Numbered from the stretch's first letter, positions 26,804 to 39,771 are shown. The stretch is 64,000 nucleotides of DNA from Octopus vulgaris (GCA_951406725.2 OX597827.1:41540001-41604000), one strand, 5' to 3'. The notes: generated from the sequence alone by a model not told the origin. A program made the numbers and translations.

Positions 26804-26932
26804 CCCCACCGCAAAAAAATCTCAAATTTTATTTAATTTGCTTTTTGCGGGAAGGAATGTTTCAACGAAGTCGTGTCTCGCCTTGACCTTCGAAACGCGG
26901 AGTAGATGAAACAGAGGTGACTGAAGAAGGGG
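26804..26932 (+). ncRNA. Non-circularly permuted hammerhead-like ribozyme
   Basis: TCGT-GTC (26875-77)-TCGCCT ... CCTTC-GAAA (26892-95)-CGCGG ... AGGTGA-CTGAAGA (26921-27)-AGGGG; extra helices GAAGG/CCTTC, TGTTTCA/TGAAACA and the CCGCAAAAA/TTTTTGCGG hairpin. Confidence 0.75.
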
Positions 26933-27187
26933 AATTTTCTTTGTGTTGTATGTCCTGTACTCTATTTTTTCGTTGTTTAAGAAAAATGTCCAGTTCCTTG
27001 GTTTTGTGTTTATGTTTTCGTTTCTCATTGTGTTCGACGTTTTTTTGGTGTCCTGTACCCATATATGCATGTATATATACATGTAGATGTAGGTACGTAC
27101 ATATATGTATGTATATATATGCATATGTTTTATTTATTAATTTGTTATTACACGACAGAATGCACGCATCCATTTCTAAGTTTGTCC

Positions 27188-27237
<50 letters not shown>

Positions 27238-27240
<3 letters not shown>

Positions 27241-27607
27241 AGTCATCCCATAAGTTCTGTCCGATTTTACGTTTTTTAAAATTGAATGAAATTTAATAGT
27301 ATTTTAGAGTGTCTAATGAAATTAGAAATTATTTTTATGCATTTGTGTGCATTTAAACTAATTAAATATTATTTTACAGAATAACAGAATTAAAATTTCT
27401 TTGATTAAAACCCTTTCTGACATCGAAGTATCCAAAGACCATTTGAGGCACATAATGCTAGCGACTCGAAACATTGATGGGATTAAAAAGCTTGTAAATA
27501 GATGGAAGGAATTCACAGATAATCAGAGAAAGTATATTGATGATTAAATTTCAATTAAATATAACATTTGATCACTTGTCTTCTTTATTCAAAATTCGGA
27601 CAGAACT
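27238..27607 (+). mobile_element. Non-autonomous mariner-derived element
   Basis: TIR cores AGTTCTGTCCGATTTT / AAAATTCGGACAGAACT; 27476-27547 encodes DGIKKLVNRWKEFTDNQRKYIDD*, like a mariner transposase C-terminus. Confidence 0.75.
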
Positions 27608-28099
27608 GCCGTGTGCAACCTAACAACCTAGTACTGGACGGAACGAAACTGAGAATAGAGTAGATATATGTATCGAATATACCCAAAGTATTGGATTCTG
27701 TATATCACATGATATTGGAATTACTTACGACGCATTTTCAAAATCTATAATAAATATATATTTTATGTTTTATATATGTATATGTTCGTTATAGCAGACA
27801 CACACACGCACGCGCACACACACATACATTCTCTCTCTCACGCACTAGACATCTCTCTTCGTTCTTACCTACATTTTTCTCTGCTCTTTTCTTTAAATCC
27901 GCCATCTTTGCTTTTGCTTACCTGCCTACCACAACATCCCCCACATTTATCTATTATCCAAAAATTGTCCATTTTTCCAGTTATGTATCAATCGGTCATT
28001 TGAGTACAGTTTTGCGAAATAATCATTAATTACCACAAGAGAAGCGTCAACACCAGTGTCCTTGCATTAGTATATATATATATACACATACATATATAC

Positions 28100-28138
<39 letters not shown>

Positions 28139-28223
28139 CATACACATACATACCTATATATGTAATTTTTTATTTATATATATATATACATACACACATA
28201 CATATATATGTTACATTTGTATG

Positions 28224-28288
<65 letters not shown>

Positions 28289-28565
28289 GTATACGCACAT
28301 ACATATATATACGTACACACACACATACATACATACACACACACACCCATATATATACATTATTTATATATACGTTAATAATATAGCTACTTAAAGATAT
28401 TTGCCTCGAGCTGTTTTTTATTCATTTAGTCTACATACTATAAAAAGTTATGGATGTATATGTATGTGTACCTATCTGTCTCTCTCTGTCTGTCTCTCTC
28501 TGTCTCTCATATATATATATATATGCTTTCACACGCATTTACGCACTGTATGACGTGATGCATCT

Positions 28566-28667
<102 letters not shown>

Positions 28668-29632
28668 ATATTTGCAGTTATGGGTATATTGTATATGCGC
28701 ACACATGTATATATATATACATATGTATACATACATACACACACACACACACACTTACACACACACACACACACTTACACACACACACACACATGCACAT
28801 ATACGTATGTATGTATGTATGTATGTATGTATGTATGTATGTATATTGATATAACTTAATTCTTCTCAGATCACATACATGTTAATCTCGTTGTTACCGC
28901 TACAGACAAAACAATTAGAAGAACAGACACAATTTATGATGGATTTTCCACGACGACCATTCACTTTCTGTATACATCTTGATAGTTGTTGTCGAAATTT
29001 GCTTGCTATGTTAATACAAGAGGCTTTCAAAGTTTGCCCGTGCAAAGGGTTTCTCGAGATTTGCTCTATACGGTCACTGGACAATAGAAGCCAGTGAAGG
29101 CATGTGTGCAGGAGGTCTTCACCTGCAAGAAATACTAAGGCAATTTCCTCAGCTACCATTGCCTGTCTTGAAAATAGAACGACGCATTAACCAGTGTAGT
29201 GTTAAACATATACAAAAACTGGTTGATCGTGGTTGAAATTCCTTCCATCTTAGGTCAATCTGTTTATCCGCAGCATACACCGATGAGATAAGTGTACATA
29301 TGTTTCTGAGTAGAATTAATTATTAAATAATCAATTTAATATTTTAATTACTGTTGCTTAGAAATTTGTAAAGTTTGAGAGTCATTATTTTCTCGGCACA
29401 CGTACATCTGCAAAGGTTCTCACGCATTTGTACGAGGAATTCACTCCCAATATATAAAGGGCTCATTAAGTTTGGCTTGATACCCTCCTTTGCTTTTGAA
29501 GACAGCAAAGGGGGAGGGTGCTTCGAGTGCGTTTTGGTGAGTAATTCGTCCATGTTGAGAGCCTGTGTAGTGAAGAAGGCACCACCCCCGTTTGTTCGCC
29601 AGCCGATTGTTTAATTATCCATCTGTCTGTTC

Positions 29633-29711
<79 letters not shown>

Positions 29712-29712
<1 letters not shown>

Positions 29713-29834
29713 CGTTCATTTGAGTACACACATCTTTGCAAAACAATCAATGCACACCACATCGTTTAGACATTTCCCATCGGATTTTCCAAATTCAACA
29801 GACACACGCGCAGACACATACATACAGATGTATG

Positions 29835-29868
<34 letters not shown>

Positions 29869-30060
29869 TGTATGTATGTATGTATGTATGTATGTATGTA
29901 TGTATGTATGCATGCATGCATGTATGTATGTATGTATGTATGTATGTATGTATGTATGTATGTATGTATGTATGTATTGAGCTAGGAAAATCCAATGAAG
30001 AATCTTTAAACGGTGTAGCATGTATCGATTATTTTACAATCTGTGTACTCGAGTGAACGA
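29712..30060. mobile_element. MITE-like element, ~85 bp imperfect TIRs enclosing (TATG)n
   Basis: TCGTTCATTTGAGTACACA..GGATTTTCC (29712-29798) is inversely matched by GGAAAATCC..TGTGTACTCGAGTGAACGA (29977-30060). Confidence 0.7.
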
Positions 30061-30094
30061 TTTATGCATACACACAGAGGCACAGAGGCACATA

Positions 30095-30147
<53 letters not shown>

Positions 30148-30196
30148 GTATCTATATATACATATATATGTGTGTGTATGTATGTATGTACGTAGG

Positions 30197-30229
<33 letters not shown>

Positions 30230-30266
30230 TTGTATTAACTTAATTCTACTCTGATCGTATAAATTT

Positions 30267-30280
30267 TCGCCCTCTGGTGG
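30267..30280 (-). promoter_or_regulatory. CTCF-like motif
   Basis: CCACCAGAGGGCGA in a unique, GC-richer island; motif match only. Confidence 0.25.
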
Positions 30281-30889
30281 TGCGGCTCGACATGAAAGAA
30301 ACCAATTGAAGTTGAAATAATTCCTGCAATTCGAAGGAAGACATGCCAACCAATCGCCGTATTTTTATCCAACCGCCGCAACCACGACCATCCACAGATG
30401 AAAGCAAACTTTTCCAAGATATATAGTGGTAAACTTTAAACACTACATCGATTCTAGAGCGTGAGTACACATATACATATGCATATATGTGCGTATGTAC
30501 GTATATAATATTAATATATATATATATATATATATTTTATTTATGTGCATGTATGTATGTTTGTATGTTTTCTTTCTTTGAAATTTATTTAAGTTCATCG
30601 CAGAATTCAAGACGGCCAAAAGTGACAAGTCTTCTTCCTTTGTGTGAGAGTTCCAGGGATCCAGGGATTGGCAATTATATGAATTAATACGACCGCATAT
30701 GTGTGTGTGTACGTGTGCACATACTTGAAGTCGTGTAATGGGCTTGCATGTCTCTTAAGTATACGTGTGTTTGTGTGTGTATGTATGTGTGTGTGTGTGT
30801 GTGACTATTTTTACGTATATGTATGTGTATGCCATTTGCATATATGTAGTTGTCTGTTTAATCATGCTCGATGCAGGAAACTCAAATAG

Positions 30890-31545
30890 GTAGTCTTTTG
30901 AATGTGCTGCAAATCCTCACTGCGTCACAAATAAATTTGTTTAGTCCTGTCTTCGGAAACTCCTGCCATAACAATCATTTGTGGAAATCTGTTGTTACAA
31001 AAGCTCAATGCAATTACGACAATGGGTACAAAAGATACAAGAGCTGTGAGGTTGGCATTAGTTCGCCATAGATGTTGACTGTTTTTCCATACACTTCTAC
31101 GATATATTCACATTCACTGAGTGGTTGACCTCTTTAATAGTGCAAAGCTTTTGTCTTCCGTTCCATAGAACAATATCACGGTCAAACACAATATCAGTAT
31201 TGTGTTTATACAATGTGGTGAAAACGCAATATCAATATTGTTTGCACCGGATTACTGTTATTGTTAGAATGTTCGACCAATATATTTTTTCTTTTGTTTT
31301 CAAATGAATGGGTTACATTCTGGTTCTGATGTGCTTTTATATCACTGTTTAGACAAATTCTTCCTGCGGATAACATTGCAAATAGTTGTAGCAACATTGC
31401 CATGTCTGATACGAAAGTAATATCTGCTAAACATTTCTGAAGAGCTTCTGAAGATGTAGGCGACATCTTGAACTCTGTAGGGTACAACCATCTTTGCTAT
31501 CAGACCGTGACACTTGCTGACATCCTTACTTCTTTAATTAGTTCC
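30890..31545 (-). pseudogene. Highly decayed RLE-type (R4/Dong-like) LINE remnant
   Basis: Frameshifted fragments SRCRL, KIYWSNIL, KHN..DIVLWNGRQKLCTIKEVNHSVNVNIS*KCMEK resemble the zinc knuckle plus PD-(D/E)xK region. Confidence 0.55.
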
Positions 31546-31780
31546 GTAGCATATAGGTACCGTATTTACACGCGTATAACTCACTATTAAATATAATTGG
31601 TTTTAGCTGAAAAATCTCAGGTGTAGCTTATACACATGACAAAACCAAAACTATGAAAGAACATCTAACTTTTTAGCATTTAAACTGGTCATATGAGGCC
31701 TAAAAATATTCTACCTGCATTACATTGAAACCGACGGAATCTAACTTATCACACCTATTCTATAATGCCTTTCTAAAAAT

Positions 31781-31945
31781 AGTAGCTTGCTTACAAACCA
31801 CATAGTTCCGGGTTCAGTCCCACTACGTGGCACTTTGGGCAAGTATCTTCTACTATAGCCTCGGGCCGACCAAAGCCTTGTGAGTAGATTTGGTAGACGG
31901 AAACTGAAAGAAGCCCGTCGTATGTATGTATATATATATATATAC

Positions 31946-32016
<71 letters not shown>

Positions 32017-32225
32017 ATATGTTTGTGTGTCTATGTTTGTCCCCCCAACATCGCTTGACAACCGACGCTGGTGTGTTTACGTCCCCGTCTCTTTGCGGTT
32101 CGGCAAAAGAGACTGATAGAATAAGTACTTGGCTTACAAAGAATAAGTCCTGAGATCGATTTGCTCGACTAAAGGCGGTGCTCCAGCATGGCCACAGTCA
32201 AACGACTGAAACAAGTAAAAGAGTA
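31781..32225 (+). mobile_element. SINE family B (5'-truncated) with expanded internal (TA)n
   Basis: Homologous to 5922-6300. Confidence 0.9.
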
Positions 32226-32954
32226 ACCACATCGCTGAAATTCAAAGCTACAAAATAATGCATAAATACTTCAAAACAACGTGAATAAATAAGCACCGTA
32301 TTGGACAAAGTAATCTGAATTATAAGGGTTAAGGGATATTTTGTAGTAACATTTAATACTAAATTAGAGGTGCGACTTATACATGTATAAAGACGTTATA
32401 TCCTGTTCTTGTCAAACGAAGGCATATCCGTCAAGATATTATACTTATTGTAGATCCAAGAGAAGATAACTCTCAATGTTTTTAATGCTTTTTTCAGCTT
32501 CCGGGGTAAGTAGCTGCACACAAGCTTCTACTGAGATGATGATTACCTCACCTTCAACTTTCTTTTAAAATAGATCTGTCTACCTACACTTGGGTCGTAT
32601 GGAACGGCTGTACGCACAGTGTCGATTCAAGATTTTTTCATCTATTCTCAAAACGTTATGGCCGTATGATGTATGCATGTATGCATTATATATGTATGAA
32701 TGTATATATGTATATATGTATGTAATTGTGCGTATGTATATGTGTGTTTATGTATATAGGTATGTATGTGCAATAATACATGTATGTATGTGTGCATGTA
32801 AACATGTATGAGACTTGATATGTATGTATATATATATATATTTTATTGTATGTAACATGTGTGTTTATATATGTGTGTATGCATGTGCAATAATGCGTGT
32901 ATGCATATGTGTATGTAAATATGTATCTAGCCTTGCTTGAATGTATGTATGTAT

Positions 32955-33280
32955 GTCATTATTCATTTTTATTTCAAGATTTCTTGCCAATAGAAAAAGA
33001 GCCGGTTTCTAACCTAGAGCCAAGGCTCCTTCATTGGAATTCCAACATCAACAGGGTATTTTTGTATGCATGTATATGTGCATATTTGTATATTTTGTTT
33101 TATGTATATATTCTCATTCATATAGTTGAATGCCTAGACATGCTCATGTAAACTTAAATGACAAACTTCTGGAAAGTTTAACAAATCCAAGACATCCAGT
33201 GATGTCATCTTCGATCTGTAGTCTTCGAGTCAGCCTTTTCCCTTTTGATTTTGAGAAGCCTAATTTATCAAGACTGGTAT
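32955..33280 (-). pseudogene. RLE-type LINE extreme 3' end
   Basis: TSLDKLGFSKSKGKRLTRRLQIEDDITG.. resembles the C-terminus of this class; the 3' end abuts (CATA)n. Confidence 0.45.
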
Positions 33281-33422
33281 GTATGTATGTATCTTGCACA
33301 GGCATTGCACGATAACAACATTGATTAAGCTTCGTGCAATGGCCATACCCGATAACGAGGGGGCAGCCACCATGTATGTAAGTATGTATGTATGTATGTA
33401 TGTATGTATGTATGTATGTATG

Positions 33423-33454
<32 letters not shown>

Positions 33455-33770
33455 AGAGTAATGGGTAAAGACCCCTTTGGTTATGAATGACAATGGGATG
33501 GCACCTAGGAGGTTCCTCTCCAAGGCACAAGTCCGGGCAAGGATGTTTATGGAAGACCAGCAGTCACCCATGCATACTACTGATGCTATCCGATGGCCGA
33601 TACAGTTTGGCACCAGTGACGTCGCATCTTATTTCTACAGCTGAGTGAACTGGAGCAACGTGAGATTAAGTGTCTTGCTCAAGAACACAACACACAGCCC
33701 AGTCCAGGAATCAAACTCGCTACCTCATGATTGTGAGCCCGGCGCTCTAACCACTGAGTCATGCGCCTTC
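33455..33770 (-). mobile_element. tRNA-derived SINE, CORE-like head with tail T4
   Basis: TGACTCAGTGGTTAGAGC A-box, GAGTTTGATTCC B-box, TGTGTTCTTGAGCAAGACACT..CACGTTGCTCCAG core. Confidence 0.85.
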
Positions 33771-34689
33771 ATCATGTATGTATGTATGTATGTATGTATG
33801 TATGTATGTATGTATGTATGTATGTATGTATGTATGTATGTATGTATGTATGTGTGCGCCTGTGTGTATGTATGTATGTATGCATCTGTGTATCTATATG
33901 TATGTATGCCTGTATATATGAGTGAATACACATGTATGTATGCGCAAATGTATATCTGCTTGACTATATGAGAAAAGAAGAGAAAAAAGTAAAATGTTTC
34001 GCGCTTCGGAACTCTAAGTTACGGCAACATTTCTAAGATTTACAAGATTTTCACGAACACAATCCTTCTGTAACGTGAATTATGCACGTATCGTAAATCA
34101 TACTTTACATAATCGCAATATATTCTATCAGATTCTATCGCATTCTATCGCATTCTTGTAAGATTACGTTATTGTAATGTCGCAAGATTCATATTATTGA
34201 AATTTCGCTAAATCCTTTGTGACGCAATTTGTTGTTTTAAAAAATATAATTTTCTTTATCTATTTGAGTCTTCCATTTTACAGAATTATTATTGTATTGA
34301 TCTAAAGAAATAAACCCATTTCTAAGGGACGAGGTTAAACAACGGATTACTATGTATGCCTTGTGAGTTTTCTCTTAATTGAACCAATGTCTTTGAGTAT
34401 TAGTTTAATATATAAATTCTGGTTTTTTTCTTCCCCCACCTACCAGCAGTTTTCCCCACATGCAACGCAAATCGCACACAGAGACAAACATGAACACACA
34501 AAGAGATACAGATACGCATACACACACAAATGCATACCCATATACACATAGGCATTAGAGATACGCATGTACCAACACAAATACAATTACAAATAAACAA
34601 CAATATCTCAACTAATCCTTTATCAAACATACAACATAATCGATCGTTGTTATTAAGAATAAATAAGAAGTTAAGCTCTAAACAGGGAT

Positions 34690-35020
34690 TTGTGTTGTTG
34701 TTGTTGTTATTGTTGTTGTTGTTCTTGTTATTGTCATCAGTGTTATTGTCTTTTCTTTTCAAGTTCTTGCTGATCTTCTTCTTCCTCTTGTTCTTCTTGC
34801 TCTTCTTCTTCTTCTTCTTCTTCTTCTTCTTCTTCTTCTTCTCCTCCTCCTCTTCCTTCATCATCATCATCATCATCATCATCATTATCATCATCATCAT
34901 CTTCTTCTTCTTCTTCTTCTTCTTCTTCTTCTTCTTCTTCTTCTTCTTCTTCGACTACTTCTTCTTCTCCTGCTCCTCCTGCTCCTGTCCTGCTCCTGCC
35001 CCACCTCCCGCACCTCCTCA
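34690..35020. repeat. Compound (TTG)/(TTC)/(ATC)/(TCC) trinucleotide array
   Basis: Direct reading. Confidence 0.95.
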
Positions 35021-35196
35021 TCCACACAATTTTACTTCTCATTCTATTCCTCTCGTTTTCTCTCCTCTACCTCATTCTCTCCTTGTTTTTTCCTCTTTTT
35101 CTTTACGTATCCTCCCCTTCTGTTTACCTCTTTTACTAATACCACCTGTCTCCCTTCATCTCTATATCACCTCCTTTACAAACTATTACTACTACT

Positions 35197-35829
35197 TATT
35201 TCTTTATTGCCTACAAGGGGCTAAACACAGAGGAGACAAACAAGGACAGACAGAGAGATTAAGTCGATTATATCGACTCCAATGCGTAAATGGTACTTAT
35301 TTAATCGACCCTGAAAGGAATGAAAGGCAAAGTTGACCTCGGCGGAAATTGAACTCAGAACGTAACGGCAGACGAAATACTGCTAAACATTTCGCCCGGC
35401 GCGCTAACGTTTCTTATTTCTTTACTACCCACAAGGGGCTAAACACAGAGGGGACACACATGGACAGACAAACGGATTAAGTCGATTACATCGACCCCAG
35501 TGCGTAACTGGTACTTATTTAATCGACCCAAAAGGATAAAAGGCAAAGTCGACCTCGGCGGAATTTGAACTCAGAACGTAACGGCAGACGAAATACCTAT
35601 TTCTTTACTACCCACAAAAGGCTAAACACAGAGGGGACAAACAAGGACAGACAAAGAGAATAAGTCGATTACATCGACCCCAGTGCGTAATTGGTACTTA
35701 ATTTATCGACACCGAAATGATGAAAGGCAAAGTCGACCTCGGCGGAATTTGAGATCAGAACGTAACGGTAGACGAAATACCGCTAAACATTTCGCCCGGC
35801 GTGCTAACGTTTCTGCCACCCCTCACCGC
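35197..35829 (-). mobile_element. Tandem trimer of SINE family C
   Basis: Units begin at 35197, 35416 and 35598 (TATTTCTTTA..CACAA..GGCTAAACACAGAGG); only the last keeps the full head. Confidence 0.9.
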
Positions 35830-35967
35830 TACTACTACTACTACTACTACTTGTTTTCGGCCGTAGTTTATGCTATCGTTTAGTCCCCATGCTACACCTG
35901 TTCGAGCAGTTCTATGCTCAAAGGTGTTCCATTCGTGACCATTCACACCATTTCAAATACCTTAGAA

Positions 35968-36235
35968 CAGTGGTTCCCAAAGCGGGTGGTATGGCCCCCT
36001 GGGGGCATAGGAAAGTTCCAAGGGGCGTTGAAGAAAAGTGGGGTGATAATGGGGAGCGATTCATGTAAAAACAACAAAATACCAGGTTCACTAGGTTAAG
36101 TTTTATTTGTGAAATATAGTTGCTTTGAATTTGCTTCAGAAAGGGGTCTATGTGATGGTTAGTTGGGGTGGGGGCACTAGGAATGTGGTCTGGGTGTCAA
36201 GGGGGCGGCAGCCCGAAAGAGTTTGGGAACCACTG
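35968..36235. mobile_element. hAT (Charlie-like) MITE
   Basis: Perfect 14-bp TIRs CAGTGGTTCCCAAA / TTTGGGAACCACTG; no 8-bp TSD recognisable. Confidence 0.7.
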
Positions 36236-36559
36236 CTGTTCAATGTAACCTTCTCTCTTAAAAGAACAGAGTGTGATTTGAAGTGGATTTGACTATTATT
36301 TCTAGCAGGACGAACGGATACCGAAGAGAGGCTTCTTTATTAGCTCTTTACTATTAATGCTTTGGACACTAGTAGTAACAGCTGCCTTTTATATATTATA
36401 CTTGAGAAAAGTGCTTCATTTCACGTTGATCTAGTCTACTCAGTTGAAAACGAGTACCAGCTGAGTTCTGGTGCAGCACTTACTTCCTCTAGCTGTCACA
36501 TCCTGGACTTGTAGCTAGGCCGAAGGATGGAAATGTCGAGACTTCGTCCATGTCTTCTC

Positions 36560-36665
36560 CTGTCAGCGTAGACACCTGAAACATTTAGTGAAAGTATGGA
36601 ACATGTTACCAAGCCATACTTGGTCGCTGGTAACGGCTGCTTTTTTTAAAACACTCATGCACAGA
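36560..36665 (+). pseudogene. CR1-like ORF2 C-terminal remnant
   Basis: VKVWNMLPSH..AAFFKTLM resembles the WNxLP..FK motif. Confidence 0.4.
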
Positions 36666-36697
36666 CACGCACAGAGAGACAAACACACACACAATCA

Positions 36698-36784
<87 letters not shown>

Positions 36785-37476
36785 GCTTAACCGGTTTCAA
36801 ATTTTTTTTGATTTTCAAATGTACGTTATGAGGAATGAGGAACTGTGTCGCAAACTTATCGTTCTCAAAATCGTTTGTTATTATAGAGAGAATGTGGTTT
36901 AGATTGCTATCGGTTAACGTACAGAATGGTTGGTTAAGAATGATCACATGTTGAGGAAAGGGAATTTTCAGTCAGTTTTCCGTTATGTCTGTGTACTAGG
37001 GTCATGTGATAGCATGTCTCATTTGACATTCAGAGCAAAAGCTATGTAAAGTAGAAATCGCATCCGAATTTAGGGCTGTTTTAGCTTTTCGGTTGTGTCC
37101 AGTAGCTTTGTGAAAGTCTGTTAATATATTTAGCCAAGGCGTAGTGACTTTTTTGTGTTATATATACTGCTTTAGTGAATCATTCAGTCTGTGTTACCAA
37201 AATATGATCAAAACGGTTAAAAATGAAATGTTACTTTAAAACTATTTGGAGTGCATAACTGTTAAGAATAACTGCAGCTAAAAATTGCTGAAAAATCTCA
37301 AGTGAATAAAAAATAATTATATAGTTCTTAAATTTTCACAACATCCGTTTAAATATGTTGTATTTACAGAGCAAATATAAATAAATAGAGGATAGAATGA
37401 CAGAGAAAGATAGGACTGTATGAACATGTAGGCGTGTGAATAAACACGTGCAAGCATATATATGTGTGTGTGTGTG

Positions 37477-37559
<83 letters not shown>

Positions 37560-37573
37560 ATGTATATACATAT

Positions 37574-37683
37574 CCCTTTTGATCGAAAACCTACGCCATC
37601 TTTTTTTTTCTCCCCCAAAAGAAAAGCTCTACCTTGTAACTTGTCCCATCTGCGTGCAGCCCTGTGTGGCCAATAAAGAAACT
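37574..37683 (+). mobile_element. 5'-truncated LINE 3' end (Tx1-like family) with 11-bp TSD
   Basis: Near-identical to 40427-40536 and 62709-62845; AATAAA; TATATACATAT at 37563-73 and 37684-94. Confidence 0.8.
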
Positions 37684-38106
37684 TATATACATATAGGTAG
37701 ATATATATATATTTATACATGCACGCGCACATACGCACGCACACGAACACACACAAACATATATATATATATATATATGGGCTGCGTCTGCGCAGTAGAA
37801 TTTGAAAAAATTAGGATGTATAAACAAGAGGCACATAGTTGATCGCCTCGTGTTTATATATTTAATCTAAGGTGTACTTGTTGAGAACGATTTCACCTAG
37901 CGGCTAAATGTTATTTATTTACTAAACTAAAATCAGAAACCAATTGGTCCAGAAAACTAGATGGTAAAATGTTTTTATTTTTTCATTTCGTTCCTGTCGA
38001 ATTTTATCCCTAATTTTGTGGTTATAGAACCTAGCTGTTCTTTCTAGAGTGTTGAATGCCACGAATGGATTCCTTATGTGTTTAAATGTACACTGAATTT
38101 TATGAC

Positions 38107-38180
<74 letters not shown>

Positions 38181-38195
38181 TATATACACGTACAT

Positions 38196-38570
38196 ACACT
38201 TAGTTAAACTTAGGTATGTTTCGACCAAAGATTAGTCCAGGCCATGTCTAACTTAATAGCACCACCTGATAGGATTATGTAAATCCTTTTTAACAAACGT
38301 TTTGTGGTATCATGGTCCATGCGAGTAGGGAGTTCTTGTTGAGTGAGTTGTATCCAGGTATAAGGTGGCTTATCTGATGTTCCTTGAAGAAATTCGTCCA
38401 GATTCCGTTTAAAATTAATGGGATCTTTTCCTATTTGATCTATTTTGGGTCAACCTTAAATAGGGCAGGACCTGTCGAGGAAGAGAAATTGTGTTGCTGT
38501 GTATTTATGTGTTGTGATGTTGGGGTCGTTTGGGAAATGCTGGTGGTATGTTCTCCACATCGTGCAAATG
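38196..38570 (-). pseudogene. CR1-group LINE 3' end
   Basis: HNFSSSTGPALF.. then frameshifted FKRNLDEFLQGT.DKP..PGYNSLNKNSLLAW; short tandem 3' tail. Confidence 0.75.
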
Positions 38571-38658
38571 ATGCATTACTTACGGTGGCGCTGGACAGAA
38601 TAGTTTCAATGCTGTACATACATACATACATACATACATACATACATACATACATACA

Positions 38659-38691
<33 letters not shown>

Positions 38692-38735
38692 GTGCGTGTG
38701 TGTGTATATCTATATATATATCTTTTCTCGTTATC

Positions 38736-38808
38736 TTTTACTTGTTTCAGTCTCCGCTAAGTTACGGGGACGTAAACACCAGCATCGGTTGTCAAGCGAT
38801 GTTGGTGG

Positions 38809-38844
<36 letters not shown>

Positions 38845-39012
38845 CACACACATATATACGGCGGGTGTTTTTCAGTTTCCGTCTACCAAATCCGCCCACA
38901 ATGCTTTGGTTGGCCCGAGGCTATAGTAGAAGACATTTGGCCAAGGTGTCACGCAGTGGGAATGAACCCGGAACCATGTGGTTGGCAAGCAAGCTACTTA
39001 CCACAGCCACTC
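38736..39012 (-). mobile_element. SINE family B (internal deletion)
   Basis: Homologous to 5922-6300; internal (GACA)n. Confidence 0.85.
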
Positions 39013-39027
39013 TTGTATATATATATA

Positions 39028-39539
39028 TCTATATATATAAAACTGTAGTTGTGTGAGTGTCTGTCCCCTTCGATTTAGATTCCTAACTCCTCCCACATTT
39101 TGCGGTGCAGTTTAACCAAATTCGGGTATCTTATAGTCATGATTTATATCGAGCCCGTCTGGGTATTAGCGCGCGTCTACGATGAGTCTACGATTTAAAA
39201 AATAATTTAACATCATTTTTTATTTCATTTTAATGCATAATTTTTCGTGTGTCGATGGCGGCGGAGTTGGCGTCCATGGTCACACCTGCACCTGTTTGCT
39301 TCTCCCCTTCTTCCCTCCCTCGTGAAGCTGTGGGTAAGTGGGTGTAAGGAAATCAACGTCGTAAAGCGTTGTCAAGGAGACCAGCGTTCTCTTAGAACAA
39401 CGACTTCATGGCTTGAAGACACCAAAACAGAAATGGCTAAGAAAGCCCGAATTGGCATCTATGAGGGAAGTAACTCTCTAAAAATGCTTATATAGTTATT
39501 TCCCTTACAAACCCGAGCAACGCCGGGCGATACTGCTAG
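39028..39539 (+). mobile_element. Non-autonomous Helitron
   Basis: A|TC start; 3' hairpin CCCGAGCAACGCCGGG (39512-27); CTAG|T end. Confidence 0.85.
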
Positions 39540-39690
39540 TATATATATATACTCTTTTACTTGTTTCAGTCATGCAGCTGTGGTCATGCTGGAGCCATTT
39601 ACAGAATTAGCTATTAAAGACATATATATATAAAAGAAAAGATGACAGAGGAATAAACGATTATTTTATGAAGTACACTTCATATTTTGA

Positions 39691-39771
39691 GGCTCTGATG
39701 AAACTGTAAGGTGTTACACAGGCGCTCAACTATGACTCCACTACGCCTTATAGACGAAACAGCTGTAAGCT
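39691..39771 (+). ncRNA. Type I hammerhead (stem II base mismatched) inside an inverted-repeat PLE-like fragment 39631-39900
   Basis: GGCT-CTGATGA-AACTGTAAGGTGT...ACGCCTTATAGAC-GAAAC-AGCT-GTA-AGCT; 39631-39672 is inverted relative to 39779-39820. Confidence 0.65.

Larger units (their letters stand above)
26131..27190. mobile_element. PLE-like fold-back element (subfamily 1): ~395 bp inverted arms, ~240 bp spacer, 40 bp tail
   Basis: 26131-26523 is the reverse complement of 26764-27150; (TA)n at both ends; homologous to 60297-60765. Confidence 0.85.

Noticed and set aside
26851-26932. Reading as a canonical type II hammerhead (cut at GUA 26902-04) or as an HDV-like ribozyme
   Set aside because: No hairpin stem I forms between GUA and CUGAAGA, and HDV L3/J4-2 motifs are absent; the upstream GUC gives consistent stems in all subfamilies.
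34530-35336. 268-aa ORF, the longest in the track
   Set aside because: It runs through trinucleotide arrays and into a SINE.
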